From Malacoraja senta (lineage: Eukaryota): a stretch of DNA of 64,000 nucleotides. A program made the position numbers and the translations under genes. The DNA lies in contig CM075987.1 in assembly GCA_038087875.1 (NCBI GenBank), forward strand, positions 19,780,001 through 19,844,000. The letters run 5' to 3'. Shown here piece by piece: positions 25,725 through 39,740 of the stretch. The notes under the pieces are model-generated. The model did no database searches. It saw only the letters and a program-made list of their open reading frames with translations, and had not been told where the DNA came from. Each line of letters starts with the position of its first letter. The first letter of the stretch is position 1.

Positions 25725-25946
25725 CAAAATGCTGCAGTAAGTCAGCCAGTCAGGCAGCATCTCTGTAGAAAACGAATAGGTGACGTTTTGGGTCGAAACC
25801 CTTCTTGATACTGGGTTCCGAGGAGTTTTGACCCAAAACATCACCTATTGCTTTTCTCCAGAGATGTTGATTGACCCGCTGAGTTACTCTAGCATTTTGT
25901 GTCTATCTTAGGTGTAAATCAGCATCTGCAGTTCCTTCTTAAACAA
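25725..25946. mobile_element. Penelope-derived inverted-repeat (hairpin) insert
   Basis: Two arms in opposite orientation; direct repeat TGAATAAGCA at 25715-25724 and 25947-25956. Confidence 0.75.
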
Positions 25947-26422
25947 TGAATAAGCAAATGGTTTATGGGAGGTGTCATTCCAGCCACATTATTTTGGATG
26001 AAAACTTAGACCAATAGGAACAAAAGCAACAGCTTTACAGTTAACAACTAGAATAAAGAACGGCCAGGCTTGTTGGAGGATAAAAGTTTGCTCAGAGGTC
26101 TTAATGAGTCCACAAGATCTGTAGGCCAGGTCGCCTCTTCCTGGATCTTTGGCACAGATAGGGTAGACAGTTAAAACCTTTATCCCAGGGTGGAAATATC
26201 AAAAACAAAAGGACATAACTTTAGGTGATAGATGGAAAGCTCAAAGGAGATGTGCGAGGCAAGTTTTTTTACGTAGTCTGGTGGGTGCCTGGAAATGTGC
26301 TGCTGGTAGTGGTGGTGGAGGCATATACAATGGTGATGTTTTAAGAGGCTTTTAGATAGGCACATATATGTGCAGGGAATGGAAGTGTGTGGATCATTTG
26401 CAGGCAGATGAGATTAGTTTAG

Positions 26423-26529
26423 ATGTTCAAGAAGTCTGAAGAAGGGTTTCGGCTCAAAACGTTGCCTATTTCCTTCGCTCCATAGATGCTGCCGCACCCG
26501 CTGAGTTTCTCCAGCATTTTTGTCTACCT
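26423..26529 (+). mobile_element. Short Penelope-derived insert within a CR1 3' end (CR1 ~26095-26600, +)
   Basis: TSD GAGATTAGTTTAG (26410-26422) / GAGATAAGTTTAG (26530-26542); hammerhead-like core at its 5' end. Confidence 0.75.
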
Positions 26530-26602
26530 GAGATAAGTTTAGCTTGGCATTCTGTGCAGATTTTGTGGACCTATTCCTGTGCAGTACTTTTCTATGCTCT
26601 GT

Positions 26603-27500
26603 AAGCCCAGTCCATCCATTCTTTCATCATATGTCAGTCCCGCCACCCCTGGAATTATTCTGGTGAACCTACGCTGCACTCCCTCAATAGCAAGAATGTC
26701 CTTCCTCAAATTAGGAGACTAAATCTGCACACAATACTCCAGGTGTGGTCTCACAAGGGCCCTGTACAACTGGAGTAGGACCTCCTTGCTCCTATACTTA
26801 AATCCTCTTGCTATGAAGGCCAACATGCCATTTGCATTCCTCACTGCCTGCTGTACTTTCAGTGACTGATATACAAGGACACCCAGGTCTCATTGCACCT
26901 CCCCTTTTCCCAATCTGACACCATTCAGATAAAAATCTGCCTTCTTGTTCTTGCCACAGAAGTGGTTAACCTCACATTCATCCACATAACACTGCATCTG
27001 CCATGCATCTGCCCACTCACCCAACCTATCCAAGTCACCCTGCAGCCTCATAGCATCCTCCTCGCAGCTCACACTACCACCCAGCGTGGTGTCATCTGCA
27101 AATTTGTAGATATTACATTTAATTCCTTTGTCTAAAACATTAATATATATTGTAAATAACTGGGGTCCCAGCACTGAGCTTTGTGGCACCCCACTAGTCA
27201 CCGCCTGCCATTCTGAAAAGGACCCATTAATTCCTACTCTTTGCTTACTGTCTGCCAACCAGTTCTCTATCCATGTCAATACCCTACCCCCAATACCACG
27301 TGCTCTAATTTTGCACACTAATTTCTTGTGTGGAATCTTGTCAAAGGCATTTTGAAAGTCAATACAACACATCCACTGGTTCTCCCTTATCTATACTACT
27401 TGTTACATCCTCAAAAAATTCCAGGAGATTAGTCAAGGATGATTTCCCCTTCATAAATCCATGCTGACTTTGACCAATCCAATCATTGCTTTCCAAATTT
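26603..27500 (-). mobile_element. CR1/HER1-like LINE RT fragment
   Basis: DFQNAFDKIPH, WLADSKQRV, VTSGVPQSSVLGPQLF, KFADDT, LQGDLDRL motifs. Confidence 0.9.
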
Positions 27501-29256
27501 GGCAAGGGTTCCATTCCTGAGAAGTGAGAACTATCCTTGAGCCGATTTCTCCGTTTGTCAGAACTGTCTGTTTTCCATAGCTACCCGAATCATATCACTC
27601 GACATACACTTGCTATAATTCTTTCAGTTCATTGAATTATCACCCAGACACTATCCCCCAAAAATTATTATACTGTATCCAGTCATTAATGAATACCATG
27701 AAACATTTTATTATTCTTATTACTGGCTTGACAGTGTTTTAAAATGTATTAGAGAATTATAGTAAACTTGGATTTCTATATTTTGATTCTAATCCTTGAA
27801 ATGTACCAACAACCTTCTGCGAATGTATCTTTACCTCATAGTTAACTAATGCTGGCTAAAAATAGACCATAATTTCCAACAGCTTCAATCAATCAAAGAC
27901 TTTATTGTCATTCAAAAATACACCAACAAATGCAAGTCTGAACGAAATTTCGTTGCATCTGCAGCTTGCTGTGAAGAACTGTGGGGCACAGTAATTAAGT
28001 TTTAAAATTGTTTGCGAGCTGAAAGGAAATGCTGAAGAAGCTGGTCATGCAAACATAAACAGGATGCAACAGGAATTTAACCATCTGTGTTCTCTGAACT
28101 CCTGTGGTGTGGCTGTGAACAACATTTACATCTCATAAGTACCAACGATGGTCCTACCAAAGCTGAGTTCAATCCCCCAAAATCCCGTTCAAATAGTAAA
28201 TAACAGGAATAACTCCAGAGTAAAACATGTTCACCAATTTTTCAAAATGCTGATAAACCCAGATTATTCTCTATCAATCAAAGTTGCTGTGCTGATACAG
28301 ACTATTGTTTTTGACTGACCAGTTCTCAAACAGACAAAAAAAATAAAGTTGTTATGATCATAGTGTGGGCCAGCAGTGGTAGTGGTGTGGCTCCTCAATC
28401 AAATTGTTCTAATTATATTATTAGATAAGGAAGTTTTAGGGCAAACTATTGAAACTTTCTAGGATGGATGACTATGACTGATTTCCTATACACATGGGAG
28501 TACTCTCCTCTGAATTATTAGCAGCATGAGCTATGCTAATAATCAGTGTGTTCAAAGGAACTGGACATATGAGTAATATATAAAGTTAATAGGCAGCTTT
28601 GAAGCTTTTAAAATAATTCTATGCTGTGCTGCTTAGTGAATCCTAACAGATAATGTGGTTGCCTGTATTATATTGATAGTTTGCAGTATGTCCATCCTCA
28701 GGTAATACCCTCTTGGTGATTTCTGGGGCTGACAGTTAGTTTTCTGGTGAATATTTGTTGAGGAAATGATGAAGGAACATGGTGGTGTCTTGCAGGTGTA
28801 CAATGTTTTCCATTTTTCCTCTGTCTGCAATCCCCACAATTCCTCAAACTAATTTTCAGAAGAAATTGGATTAACTGGAAGTAGATGTGCAGCACATGGC
28901 ACGAAAAGGGGGCGATATTGGATTTTTATGATGGCTTGGTTATTTATTCATCTCATCTCCATACTGTTTTGCACTCAGACATGTGCCATTTGCACCCGTC
29001 CATTGGCCTTGTCATCATCTACAGTCAGGGTGGAGAATATTCCCAGGAGCTCAATAATCAGCTTCTCATGTGCATTACATATTCAGATCTTCAATTTGGT
29101 CTAATTGAAATCTGGTTGCCTGTTTCTTTTGTGCATCATGGGACACCTTTTCCCGAAACTAGATATACAGTGTTTAAGTTCCGTTTCAGTTTCATTTAAT
29201 GAGCATTTCTAGCATTATAAAGCCTTAGCATTATTTTCCTGTTTTTATATTCTGTC

Positions 29257-31590
29257 TATCTCAAAATAAATGCTAGCGTTACATTTGCCTTCCTTACTAC
29301 CAATTCAACTTGCAAATTAACTTTTTGGGAATCCTGCACCAGCACTCCCAAGTCCCATTGCACCTCTGATTTCTGAATTCTTTCCTCATTTAGAAAATCG
29401 GCTACGACTTTGTTCCTACTACCAAAATGCACACTTTGCTGCACCGTATTCCAACTGTTACTTCTTTGCCCAATCTCCCAACCTATCCTTCATAAGTTCA
29501 TGTCATAGAAGCAGAATTAGGCTATTCAGCCCATTGAGTTCAATCATGGCTGACCTATCTTTCTCTCTCGACCCCATTCCACCCTGTAATCTTTTACATC
29601 CTTACTAGTCAAGAACATGTCAATCTCTGCTTTAAAAATACCTAAAGACTTGGCCTCCACACAGTCTGTGGCAATGCATGGATTCATAGAGTGATATAGA
29701 GTGGAAACAGGCCCTTCAGCCCAACTTGCCCACAAAGGCCAACAAAGTCCCATCTACACTAGTCCCACTTGCCTATGCTTGGTCCATGTCCCTGCAAACC
29801 AGTCCTATCCATGTACCTGTCTCATTGTTTCTTAAACGATGGGATTATCCCAGCCTCAACTACCTCCTCTGGCAGCTTGTTCCATTCACCCACCAACCTT
29901 TGTGTGGGAAAGTTACCCCTCGGATTCCTATTAAATCTTTTCCCCTTCACCTTGAACCTATGTCCTCTGGTCCTTGATTTACCACCTTCTGGCTAAAGTC
30001 CTTCTGCAGAGTCCCTACTTTCTCCACACTAACTGCCTCTCCACCTATCTTCGTATCATCTGCTAACTTGGCCACAAAGCCTTCAATTCCCTTATCCAAA
30101 TCATTAATACAACATGAAGAGCAGCGGCCACAGCACCAACCCCTGCAGAACACCTTTATTGCCACTCTTTGCCTTCTGCCATCTAACCAACCTGCTATTC
30201 ATATTAGTATCTTCCCTCTGATACCAAGGGCTCTCATCTTCTTTAGCAGCCTCACGTGTGGCAAAGGTGTTCTGAAAATCCAGACAAACAACATCCACTG
30301 CCCCTCCTTTGTCTATCCTGCTTTTTACTTGCTCAAAGAATTCCAACAGGTTCGCCAGGCAAGATCTCCCTTTCACAAAACCAAGCTGACCAGTCTATTT
30401 TATCATGTGCTTCTAAGTACTCAGAAACCTCATCCTTTATTATAGACTCTAAAATCTTATCAACTACTGAAGTCAGGCTTACCGACCTATAGTTTCCACT
30501 CTTCTGCTTTGCTCTCTTCTTGATCAGCAGAGTAATATTTGTAATTTTCCTCTCATCCGGAACCACTCCTGACTCAAGTAATTCTTGAAAGATCACTACT
30601 AAAGGGCCTGTCCCACTTAGGCGATTTTTCAGGCGACTGCCAGGGACTGTCAAGTTGCCGGTAATTGCCTGAAAAACCGGTAACTGGAACTGCGACTGTC
30701 AGAGTGAAACACACACACAAACACATCGCTTCCTTCACCAGCCTGTTATGCAGGCGGGGGACAGGGCAAACGGGGGGAGCGTTGTCTAAAAAATTCACAC
30801 AATGCAAAGCCAAGGTGATGCAGACACACACCGTGATGAACAGGAAGGTTGGCGCTGTATTTAAGATGGCTAAAGCACAGTGTACGGTAAGTTCTTTAAA
30901 AGAGGGGGGGGGGTGGGAGGTGGTGAGAAGGGGGGAGAAGGAGTGGAGACAACTTTTAAGAAGCCAGAGATACACAGCTGTGAAGCTCGGCGGACATATA
31001 ACATTACCGGTCGGTTATCATTGGTTCTGAAAACTACTGCTTACCTTTTTTTTTCCCAATGAGCCAATGAAATTCCCAATGAGCGTAGCTTGACTTCTCC
31101 TGATGTAGTTGCTGTCGTAGGTTGTCACCAGGTGACGGAGGTGAATTCCATTGGCTACTACCTACGTCAACCGGCGACAGGTACCGGCAACTGAATTGTC
31201 TTCAGTTGTTGCCGACAGGATCATAGCTTGTCGTATCTGGTGGACGTAGGTTGATTTTGGTTGTCGTAGGTTGTCGCCTGTGTGGTCATAAGTTGTTGTA
31301 GGTGTGGTTGTTGGTGGACGTCCTAATGGGTTGTCGGTAGCTTGCCATAGTTTGAAATTGACTAGGTGGTAGGCTGTTATAGCTTGTCGTAGACATTGTC
31401 ATAGGGGGGTCCAGTCACCATTTTTTCGGCGACCTGCTACGACTATGGCAGTCACCTAAAAAATCACCTAAGTGCGACAGACCCTTAATGCCTCCATAAT
31501 CTCTAGAATCACCTCTTATCTTTCAGAACCCAGGGGTATAGTCTATCTGGTCCGGGCGACTTATCCACCTTCAGACCTTTCAGCTTCCCA
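29257..31590 (-). mobile_element. Fragmented CR1-like LINE carrying nested inserts (CR1 3' ends at ~29490-29990; MITE at 30603-31485)
   Basis: GNYRSVSLTSVVDKILE, GRSCLANLLEFFE, KLADDTKIGG motifs; frame resumes across the inserts. Confidence 0.85.
30603..31485. mobile_element. PIF/Harbinger-type non-autonomous DNA transposon
   Basis: TIR AGGGCCTGTCCCACTTAGGCGATTTTT / AAAAAATCACCTAAGTGCGACAGACCCT; 3-bp TAA TSD at 30600-30602 and 31486-31488; removal restores CR1 EALVVIFQE. Confidence 0.85.
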
Positions 31591-31931
31591 ATATGGAACT
31601 GAATGGAACAAAAGGAACTGAAAGAAACAAAAGAGAAAAAAAAAGAAGGGAAAACCCTCTTTAACTTCCTCCCTTTCCACAATCCAGGGCGTCAAACATT
31701 AACATTGATTTTTGTACATGATTTGTTGCAGCTAAACATAGGTTTCAGTTATATTTAAAGAAATAATAACTATATTGAAACAAGCCTTGAAGAAATAAAG
31801 AACTTTCATTTATATTTGGTATAAATCGTGCTGATGTTCATTGGTATACAGTGAGTATTTGAGTTGTCATACTGTTAATAATAATAATAATAGATTTTAT
31901 TTATATAGCGCTTTTCAGGACTCAAAGTCGC

Positions 31932-32830
31932 TTGCACTGGCATACAAAACTCCTTAGAGTGATTGCTGGAGCTACTTTGCTGCAGCAATGTTCTGAGTGC
32001 CCCCCTCTGAGGAGAGTACAGGTGAATTCAGTAGGCATCAGAACTGGGAGTGTAGCGATTCATTTTGTCCATGAGGGAGAGAAAGGTAGAGAAGGGAAGT
32101 TTGCAGATAGGTATGAGTTACGGGAAGCCAATGATTGGGAGATGCGGGTAGATTTAGGAGGAAAGCCTGTTGTTCCGCAGGAAATAATTACTACTAGTTT
32201 TAGGCCTGATATAGTGTAATGGTCAGTTATAAGCAGATAGTGTAGTTTATAGAGCTGACGGTGCCTTGGGAGAACTTAGTGGATGAGACTTATGAAAGGA
32301 AAAGGCTTAGATGTGTAGAAGTTGAGCAGCAAGGTTGCAGTGCAAGAGTACGTCCTGTGGAGGTGGGTTGTAGAGGTTTCATAGCGAGATCAACCACATC
32401 GCTATTTGGAGAGCTAGGAATTCGCGGACAGAGTTTGTGTCGGGCTGTAAAGCAAATGTCAGAGGCAGCAGAGCAAGGCAGTACGTGGAGAAGAAATTGT
32501 GTCAGTTGGGGGCAGAAAGGAAACGTATGACATGCAGTATGTGTGTTTCTCTGCAATTGTAGTCTTAGACAAGGGTGGTATTTGTGGTGTTACAAGCTTA
32601 ATGATGGGCTAGAATTAGTCGAAGATAGGATGCAGGTGTTAGCATTTGTTAGAGTGAGCTAATTGGCTGCAGCTTCCTTTATTTAGTAGATACTGGTAGC
32701 ATAGGTGGTAAGAGCAGGTTTGGGTTGTAAGAACCAACTGTTGAGCCTGCCTGAGGTGTCGTGGGCCTAACTCAACAAAACACTAATTAAGTGAGGTGCC
32801 CACTTGATAACCCCAATGATATACTTGCAC
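31932..32830 (+). mobile_element. Hero-like (R2 group) non-LTR retrotransposon 3' fragment with restriction-like endonuclease
   Basis: DWEMRVDLG...RPDIV*WS...IELTVPWE....YERKRLR...PVEVGCRGF...SEAAEQGSTW; contains stops and frameshifts. Confidence 0.8.
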
Positions 32831-32994
32831 CTACAGGGTTAATTTAAAAAAAAAGAAAAGAGAATTAATATGTTGGTAGCTGTTTTGTTTTTGCATATGG
32901 AGTCGTTTATTGTAAGTTGGTGTATTTAGTTAGATAATACTTTGGTTTTGGGCTTAGTTTTCTTAGTTGAGTGCTTATCCTGGAGGTATAGCAC

Positions 32995-33242
32995 AAGGAA
33001 ACATAGAAAATAGGTGCAGGAGGAGGCCATTTGGCCCTTTGAGCCAGCACTGCCATTCATTGTGAGCAGAGCTGATCATCCATAATCAGTAACCTGTGCC
33101 TGCCTTCTCCCCATACCCCTTGATTCTGCTAGCCCCAAGAGCTCTATCTAATTATCTTTTAAATTCATCCAGTGAATTGGCCTCCACTGCCTTCTGTGGC
33201 AGAGATCTCCACAAATTCACAACTCTCTGGGTGAAAAAGTTG
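32995..33242 (-). mobile_element. CR1/HER1-like 3' end
   Basis: Closely similar to 34624-34880. Confidence 0.8.
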
Positions 33243-34623
33243 TTTGTGTTTTAATCGTAAGTTGTTAAAGATCCTGAGGTAGATGTATTACAGCTGACAC
33301 TTTTCAGGATTAGAGGGGGTCTGTGCATGCTGTGAACTGGAAGCTCCCACCTCTTTCTAGTGCCTTTTTCATGGTGTATTACTGACAGAAAGGGAGGAGA
33401 AATGTACAATACACTGCTGTCATAATGAAAAAAATTGTTTTCATCTCAGTGAATCACATGAAATTGTTTTTCAGCATATGCTTTGTATGTAGGAAATTAA
33501 TACTGTGGTAGAATTGTAGGCGTTTCGTACTGATCATGAGGCTTTTAAGTGTCCCATCCAATTTCCTGTCTTGCATCTCTACTGACTACAGCCCCTTTCT
33601 GTGTCTCAGGAAAGAAAGGAGAAGGGTGTGTTTTATGCATCTTTTCTCACAAATATGGTAGAACAGGTATGAAAATGCACACAAACGGAGTAATAGCTAT
33701 GTTGAAGTTTTGAAGTTTGGATGTAAATTCTAAATAGAAGTAGCATTTAAGAATGTAAGTGAACATGGAGATGCAAGGAGTACTCTGCATGATTATGTGT
33801 ATTGATAGAGAACTTAAAAAGAGTGTGTGCCAGGACAGTTACATCATGTCACATGTTTGATACATACTATTTTTTAGGTAAATATAATAAAATTATTAAA
33901 TTTGCTTATTGCCATTACTGCTTTAATAGTTATATTTGCTTATTGCCATTGCTGTTTTAACATTTTGAACACTTTCTGTTATATAGAGGGATATGGGCCA
34001 AACACAGGCAAGTGGGACTAGTGTAGATGGGACATATTGGTTGGCATGGGCAGGTTGGACTGAAGGACCTTCTTCCAAGCTCTATAACTATATGTAGCTT
34101 CTACTGGTTAACTTAACCCCCAAAAAGTGAAAGTCAAATGACAATATTGCAGCATTCACTGCATAAAACTGTGCCCTCATTTATGGATCTTTGTGTTCCC
34201 AAAATACAGGGGTACTTTAAGCTTCAACAGGCCTTTACTGCTTGGAAAATGTGAAATCCTGCCCAATAATGAACAAACTCAAGCTTTACTGATTTATGAA
34301 TATGCCATATTACTGATTTACAAAAAAATGTTGATCCATGACACAATCCAGTTTCATTATGTATGAATTTGACTGCTCTCTTAATCCTGTGCTTTGCAGT
34401 GGTTAGGAGATTTCAATTTCAGGAAGAAGATTGTAGTTGATGTAAGGGAAAATAGAGGTCATCAAGTTAATTTATGGGGCTTTGATATCATGTTTAATAA
34501 AGCTAACTTTCATAATTGCTGAAAATTGTGAGTTTTAACTATTTGTTTATGCATATTCATAATTATTTTTTTAAATACCATTGGAAGGTGGGATTATTTT
34601 GTCAGTCCTAAACTAGCACTCTT

Positions 34624-35150
34624 CATAGAAACATAGAAACATAGAAATTAGGTGCAGGAGTAGGCCATTCGGCCCTTCGAGCCTGCACCGCCATTCAATA
34701 TGATCATGGCTGATCATCCAACTCAGTATCCCGTACCTGCCTTCTCTCCATACCCTCTGATCCCTTTAGCCACAAGGGCCACATCTAGCTCCCTCTTAAA
34801 TATAGCCAATGAACTGGCCTCGACTACCCTCTGTGGCAGAGAGTTCCAGAGATTCACCACTCTCTGTGTGAAAAAAGTTCTTCTCATCTCGGTTTTAAAG
34901 GATTTCCCCCTTATCCTAAGCTGTGACCCCTTGTCCTGGACTTCCCCAACATCGGGAGCAATCTTCCTGCATCTAGCCTGTCCAACCCCTTAAGAATTTT
35001 GTAAGTTTCTATAAGATCCCCTCTCAATCTCCTAAATTCTAGTGAGTATAAACCAAGTCTATCCAGTCTTTCTTCATAAGACAGTCCTGACATCCCAGGA
35101 ATCAGTCTGGTGAACCTTCTCTGCACTCCCTCTATGGCAATAATGTCCAT
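34624..35150 (-). mobile_element. Young CR1/HER1-like LINE 3' end with (TTTCTATG)n tail
   Basis: IEGVQRRFTRLIPGM.GLSYEERLDRLGLYSLEFRRLRGDLIETYKILKG; CATAGAAA x3 on +. Confidence 0.92.
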
Positions 35151-35394
35151 CTATAATGATGTTATTTAGTACATATTCGGGGAGTACCTTGAAACCTTCC
35201 TGAGCTGTTAACTCCTTTCATCCATTGTTAGTTCAGGAATCCCTGTGCCAAACCAGATATTTTTTGTGCACATTTTTTTAGAGTATCTAAGCTAATTTAA
35301 CTCAAGACCTTTAATAAATTAGATGATGTTTTTATCCTATTTGGTGAACTTGCATCCATGCATTCATACCATGCCTTCTGTGGTTTGTTTTGTG

Positions 35395-35860
35395 AAGGCC
35401 CAGGACCATCACGAAAACCAAACTCCCTTCCATTGACTCTAGCTTCATTTCACGTTGCCTCAGCAAGGCCTCCAGCATAATCAAGGTCGAATCTCACCCC
35501 GGACACTCTCTCTTCTCCCCTCTCCCATCAGGCAAGAGGTACAGAAGTATGAAAATGCATCCTTCCAGATTCAGGGACAGTTTTGCCCAGCTGTTATCAG
35601 GCAACTGAACCATCCTATTACCAAATGGAGAACAATCCTGAGCTGCCATTTATTTCATTGGAGACCCTTGGATTACCTTTAATCGGACTTTACTGGACTT
35701 TATTTTGCACTAAATGTTATTCCCTTATCCTGTATCCTGCATTTGGATGGCTTGATTGTAATCATGTATCCGCCTTTCTGCTGACTGGATAACACGCAAC
35801 AAAAAAGCTTTTCTCAGTATTTTGGGTCACATGACCATAAACTAAACTAACTAAAACTAA
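35395..35860 (+). mobile_element. Rex-Babar LINE 3' end
   Basis: LPSGKRYR...F.PAVIRQLN motif, 3'UTR and (AACT)-like tail. Confidence 0.7.
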
Positions 35861-37076
35861 TGACATAATTGTAATGCTCAATTAAGTTATTCATTTTTTG
35901 TAATGATTATTGGACTGATATGCATTTTTTTAAACGAAAGAAAGACAGTAAGTACTTCATTTGATCCTTATGTAATATAGCTCAGTTGTTGTGCAGAGCT
36001 GCAGATAATGGATTACTTGTCTGACCCTGGAAAGGGATATTTTCACTACTTTCATTCTCCCTCTAGTGGATGATTCAGAGGAAGCTATGAAATAATATCT
36101 GCGTTGGAATACTACAAGGAAATTGAGAAACCTATTTAGTTTACAAAAAATACCATAAATATTAAATAAATACTTAGGACAGTTTCATTAGGAAAACGTA
36201 GTGGCAGGAGAATACCCTGAGGTGTTTGAGAATGATGAATTTTAGTAAATGCATTCCTCAGTGGAAAATCTTTGCACAAAATTGTATAGAAACAAATTAT
36301 TAAAACCTAGGAGTGATGGACACGGGCAATAAAAGGTGAAAACATCTTTGAAATTATACTATGTGGCAATTATATATAATATATGAATAGTCCTGCATCT
36401 CATTGGGTAAAATGGTTCGCATCATTGCATGCCGTTCCTGTGAAACGATCGGGTTCCATTCTTACAGATGTTCACAAGTTGATTTTGTCCCTAACTCAGA
36501 AAATATACAAAAAAAACATTTAATATGATAACCGTACCTCCATGGTACTGCAGTGCATAGCATTCAACATTCATAAGACTAATAAGAAGGAACAATTACT
36601 GAAAGTGGAGAGTGAGGGAAAACTAGTTCTGATGTTTGCAGGAGCGAACGTATACAGTGGACTTTTGAATTTAGCAATATTATTGGAGCTCGCTCATACA
36701 TATGGATGTCTATATGTTGGGTTTTGTAACCCCAATGCAGCCTATATTTGTCATATTTTTAATAATATCCTTTCATGATGGCGAGGAAAACGAATCTATA
36801 TTATTTAACTTTATGGAACGATAAACTACAAACATTGCTCTTATTTAAAAACGTGTTTAAGATCAGAATTTAACTATAGGCTATTTATTTGCTCTTACAT
36901 TACAAATTAGTGAATTTCAACTGTGAAAAGTAGAAATTTCCATCATTAAAACTTGAACTTAATAATTTGGTCATTTTTTTAATTGCTTACAATACTTAGG
37001 CAAAACACACCTGTTGTATTCTGCCCTAATTTGACAAAAGGAAGCAACTAACAATTTTGTCAAAATTGAGTTATCG

Positions 37077-37703
37077 TCAAGTCACTTTTTATTTCTATAG
37101 CACATTTAAAAAACAACTCTCGTTGACCAAAGTGCTTTACATTGGTGGAGGTACTAATGTTATACAACTGTGGTTCATAGATTAAGTACATACATAAATA
37201 CATACATATAGCCCTCCCTCAGAGGATGTCAAGAAAGGCTTGAGAGTAAAGATGAGTTTTAAGTCTCGACTTAAAAGAGTCGATGGAGGGGGCAGCTCTG
37301 ATGGGAAAAAGGATGCTGTTCCACAGGAGCTGCAACCGCAAAGGCGCAGTCGCCCCTGAGTTTATGCCTAGACCGCGGGATGTTCAGTAACCCCAAGTCG
37401 GCCGATCTGAGGGACCTGGAGGTGGTGTGGTGGGTAAGTAGACTTTTGATGTAGGTGGGGGCAAGCCCGTTAAGGGCTTTGTAAACATAAAGAAGGATCT
37501 TGAAGTTTATTTGGAACCACACAGGGAGCCAGTGGAGAGAGGCCAGAATCGGGGTGATGTGGTCCCTTTTTCGGATGCCCGTCAGGTGTCTTGCTGCGGC
37601 GTTTTGGACCAGTTGCAGGCGGGACAGGGAAGATTGGCTGATGCCAGTGTAAAGGGAGTTGCAGTAATCGAGACGGGAGGAGATAAATGTGTGGATGATT
37701 TAT
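37077..37703 (-). mobile_element. L2 LINE 3' end
   Basis: LHWLPV.FQINFKILLYVYKALNGLAPTYI..LL......RSLRS...RGDCAFAVAAP; L2-type 3'UTR (AAGCACTTTG...TGCTATAGAAATAAA). Confidence 0.9.
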
Positions 37704-39409
37704 ACCAGAGAAGTAAGAAATTCCATTACAGAGAGCTGAAAGAAAAACACGTTTTCCTCATTTACAAGAAAATGCCTTTCTGTCAGTTGCTTCCTTTTGT
37801 CAAAGTAGGGCAGTATTGTGATTACAATGATGGAGATCAAGAACGATACTTTCAACCAATGTGACATGAGAGAGCTCCAACTTTGCTCCCTAACAGCAAA
37901 TATATTGTGTAAAATAATAAGTGGCACATAAAAGATTTCAAATCCTGACAAGAATTGTAGGTTTAAGTTGTAAATAAGGGCATTGCATAAAATTGCAACT
38001 TGTTGGGAACACAATACAGACAATTTGATAGGAAAAAAAGTGAGATCCAATCTCTGGGTTCAGGTTAGAGATTTTGGATAACAAATACAGCAGTTGCTGA
38101 AGGTTGCACCATGGAAAAGCAAGGCTATGAAAGAAGCTATTGGCTCTTTCTCTAGAATTCTAGAATTGAGAAGAAGGCAGGTTATGCTAAACATGTATCA
38201 AGCCTTGGTGAGACCACACTAAGAAATGTTAACAATTCCTTGTCACCCCTCAAATGTTACTCAACCTGCTGAGTCCCTCCAACAGATTGGTTGTTGCTCA
38301 TGAAAAGCTGAATATTTTCAATTGGAGAGGCGCTGCAGCGTGCTATTGTAAAATATCTGGCTGCTCTGGTACATACAACAGAGCAAGTTAATATGCAGAT
38401 GCAATTGTCAATAAAGAAGGAAACTGGAATATTGGTCTCTATTGCAAAGGGGATGGAGCATAAAAGCATGGCAATCTTTCTGACACTGTACAGAATGTGG
38501 TGAGACTACACCTGTGGCCCTGGCTTTAGTCTCTTGGTGAGGTTGTTGAATTAAGGTAGAGATGAAGAGGAATTTTGTCTCTCAGAAATTTGTGAACCAC
38601 GAGAATTCACTTCCTCAGGGAACTGTGGAGGCTGAATCACTGCACATGAGGTGAATCATAGAGTCATACAGCATGAAAACAACCATTTCAACCCAACTAG
38701 CCCACGCCAACCAACATGCTCAATCTACACTAGTCCCACCTGCCTGTGTTTGGTCAAGATGTCCCTAAACCTATCCTATCCATGTTCCTGTCCAAATGTT
38801 TCTTAAACACCGTGATAGTACCTGCCTCAACTATCTCCACCGACAGCTTGTTTCATACACCTACCACCCTTCATGAGAAACCCTTCTTATACGAGTCCAA
38901 AACATATTTTTGGACTGTGCCTCAGCACTCCTATACGGCACACCAATGTACAGGTATAATGTGATACTCTGGAAATGCTTATCAAGAGTACCCACAGAAT
39001 GTTCACAGTGTGACAGCTAAATGACTTTACATGGTATCAGTGTGAAATGTCAGCAGACGCCTACCATGGTGCAAGCCTTTATCATGTTCAGGGAACTAAT
39101 GACATCCTATATGACTCAATGATCAGAGAGTAGGAAATATGAAGAGTACTTTTCAGTGAAAATAGCAATGTGGGCAACAAAAGCAGGGGTAGCGGATATG
39201 GCCACTTGTCACCTCCACCATTCAATAATTGCTAGGCTCATCTCATCTTGGCTTCAGTTCTACTTCCCTGTTTATCCCCAAAACTTTGAGTACACAATAG
39301 ATCAAAAATCGTGTACGTTTTGCTCCATGGGAGAGAGCTCTTTTGACAGCATATACTTAGATCACTGCCGCTCTTCTTACTCCCCAGAGAATTAGGCGCC
39401 CTATGATTG

Positions 39410-39740
39410 CATGCAGCGAGATCTGGATCACATTCATACATAGCTGAAAAGTGGCAAGTAACATTCAGACTGCACCTGCCATCCTATAACTGTCTTCAAC
39501 TGACAGAATATTTTGTGTGGTTTTCAATGGCGTTACCGCTGCAGAATCCATAAATATCCTGGACATCACCATTGATCAAGTTCTTAACTGGAGCAGTTAC
39601 ACAAGTACTAAAGCTCCAAGAACCGACCAAGGGGGCTAGATATCCTGTGGCTGGTATATTACCTCCTAACTGTCCAAAGCGTTTCCATTTTCTTAGAGTT
39701 GTCTGTTAGGTGTGTAATGGAATGTTCTCCACTCTCATAG
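39410..39740 (+). mobile_element. Ancient CR1-group LINE fragment
   Basis: AEKWQVTF and INILDITIDQVLNWS post-RT motifs. Confidence 0.55.

Noticed and set aside
33900..33960. Local 34-bp direct duplication (similar small repeats at 51410-51460)
   Set aside because: Ordinary slippage duplications with no further structure
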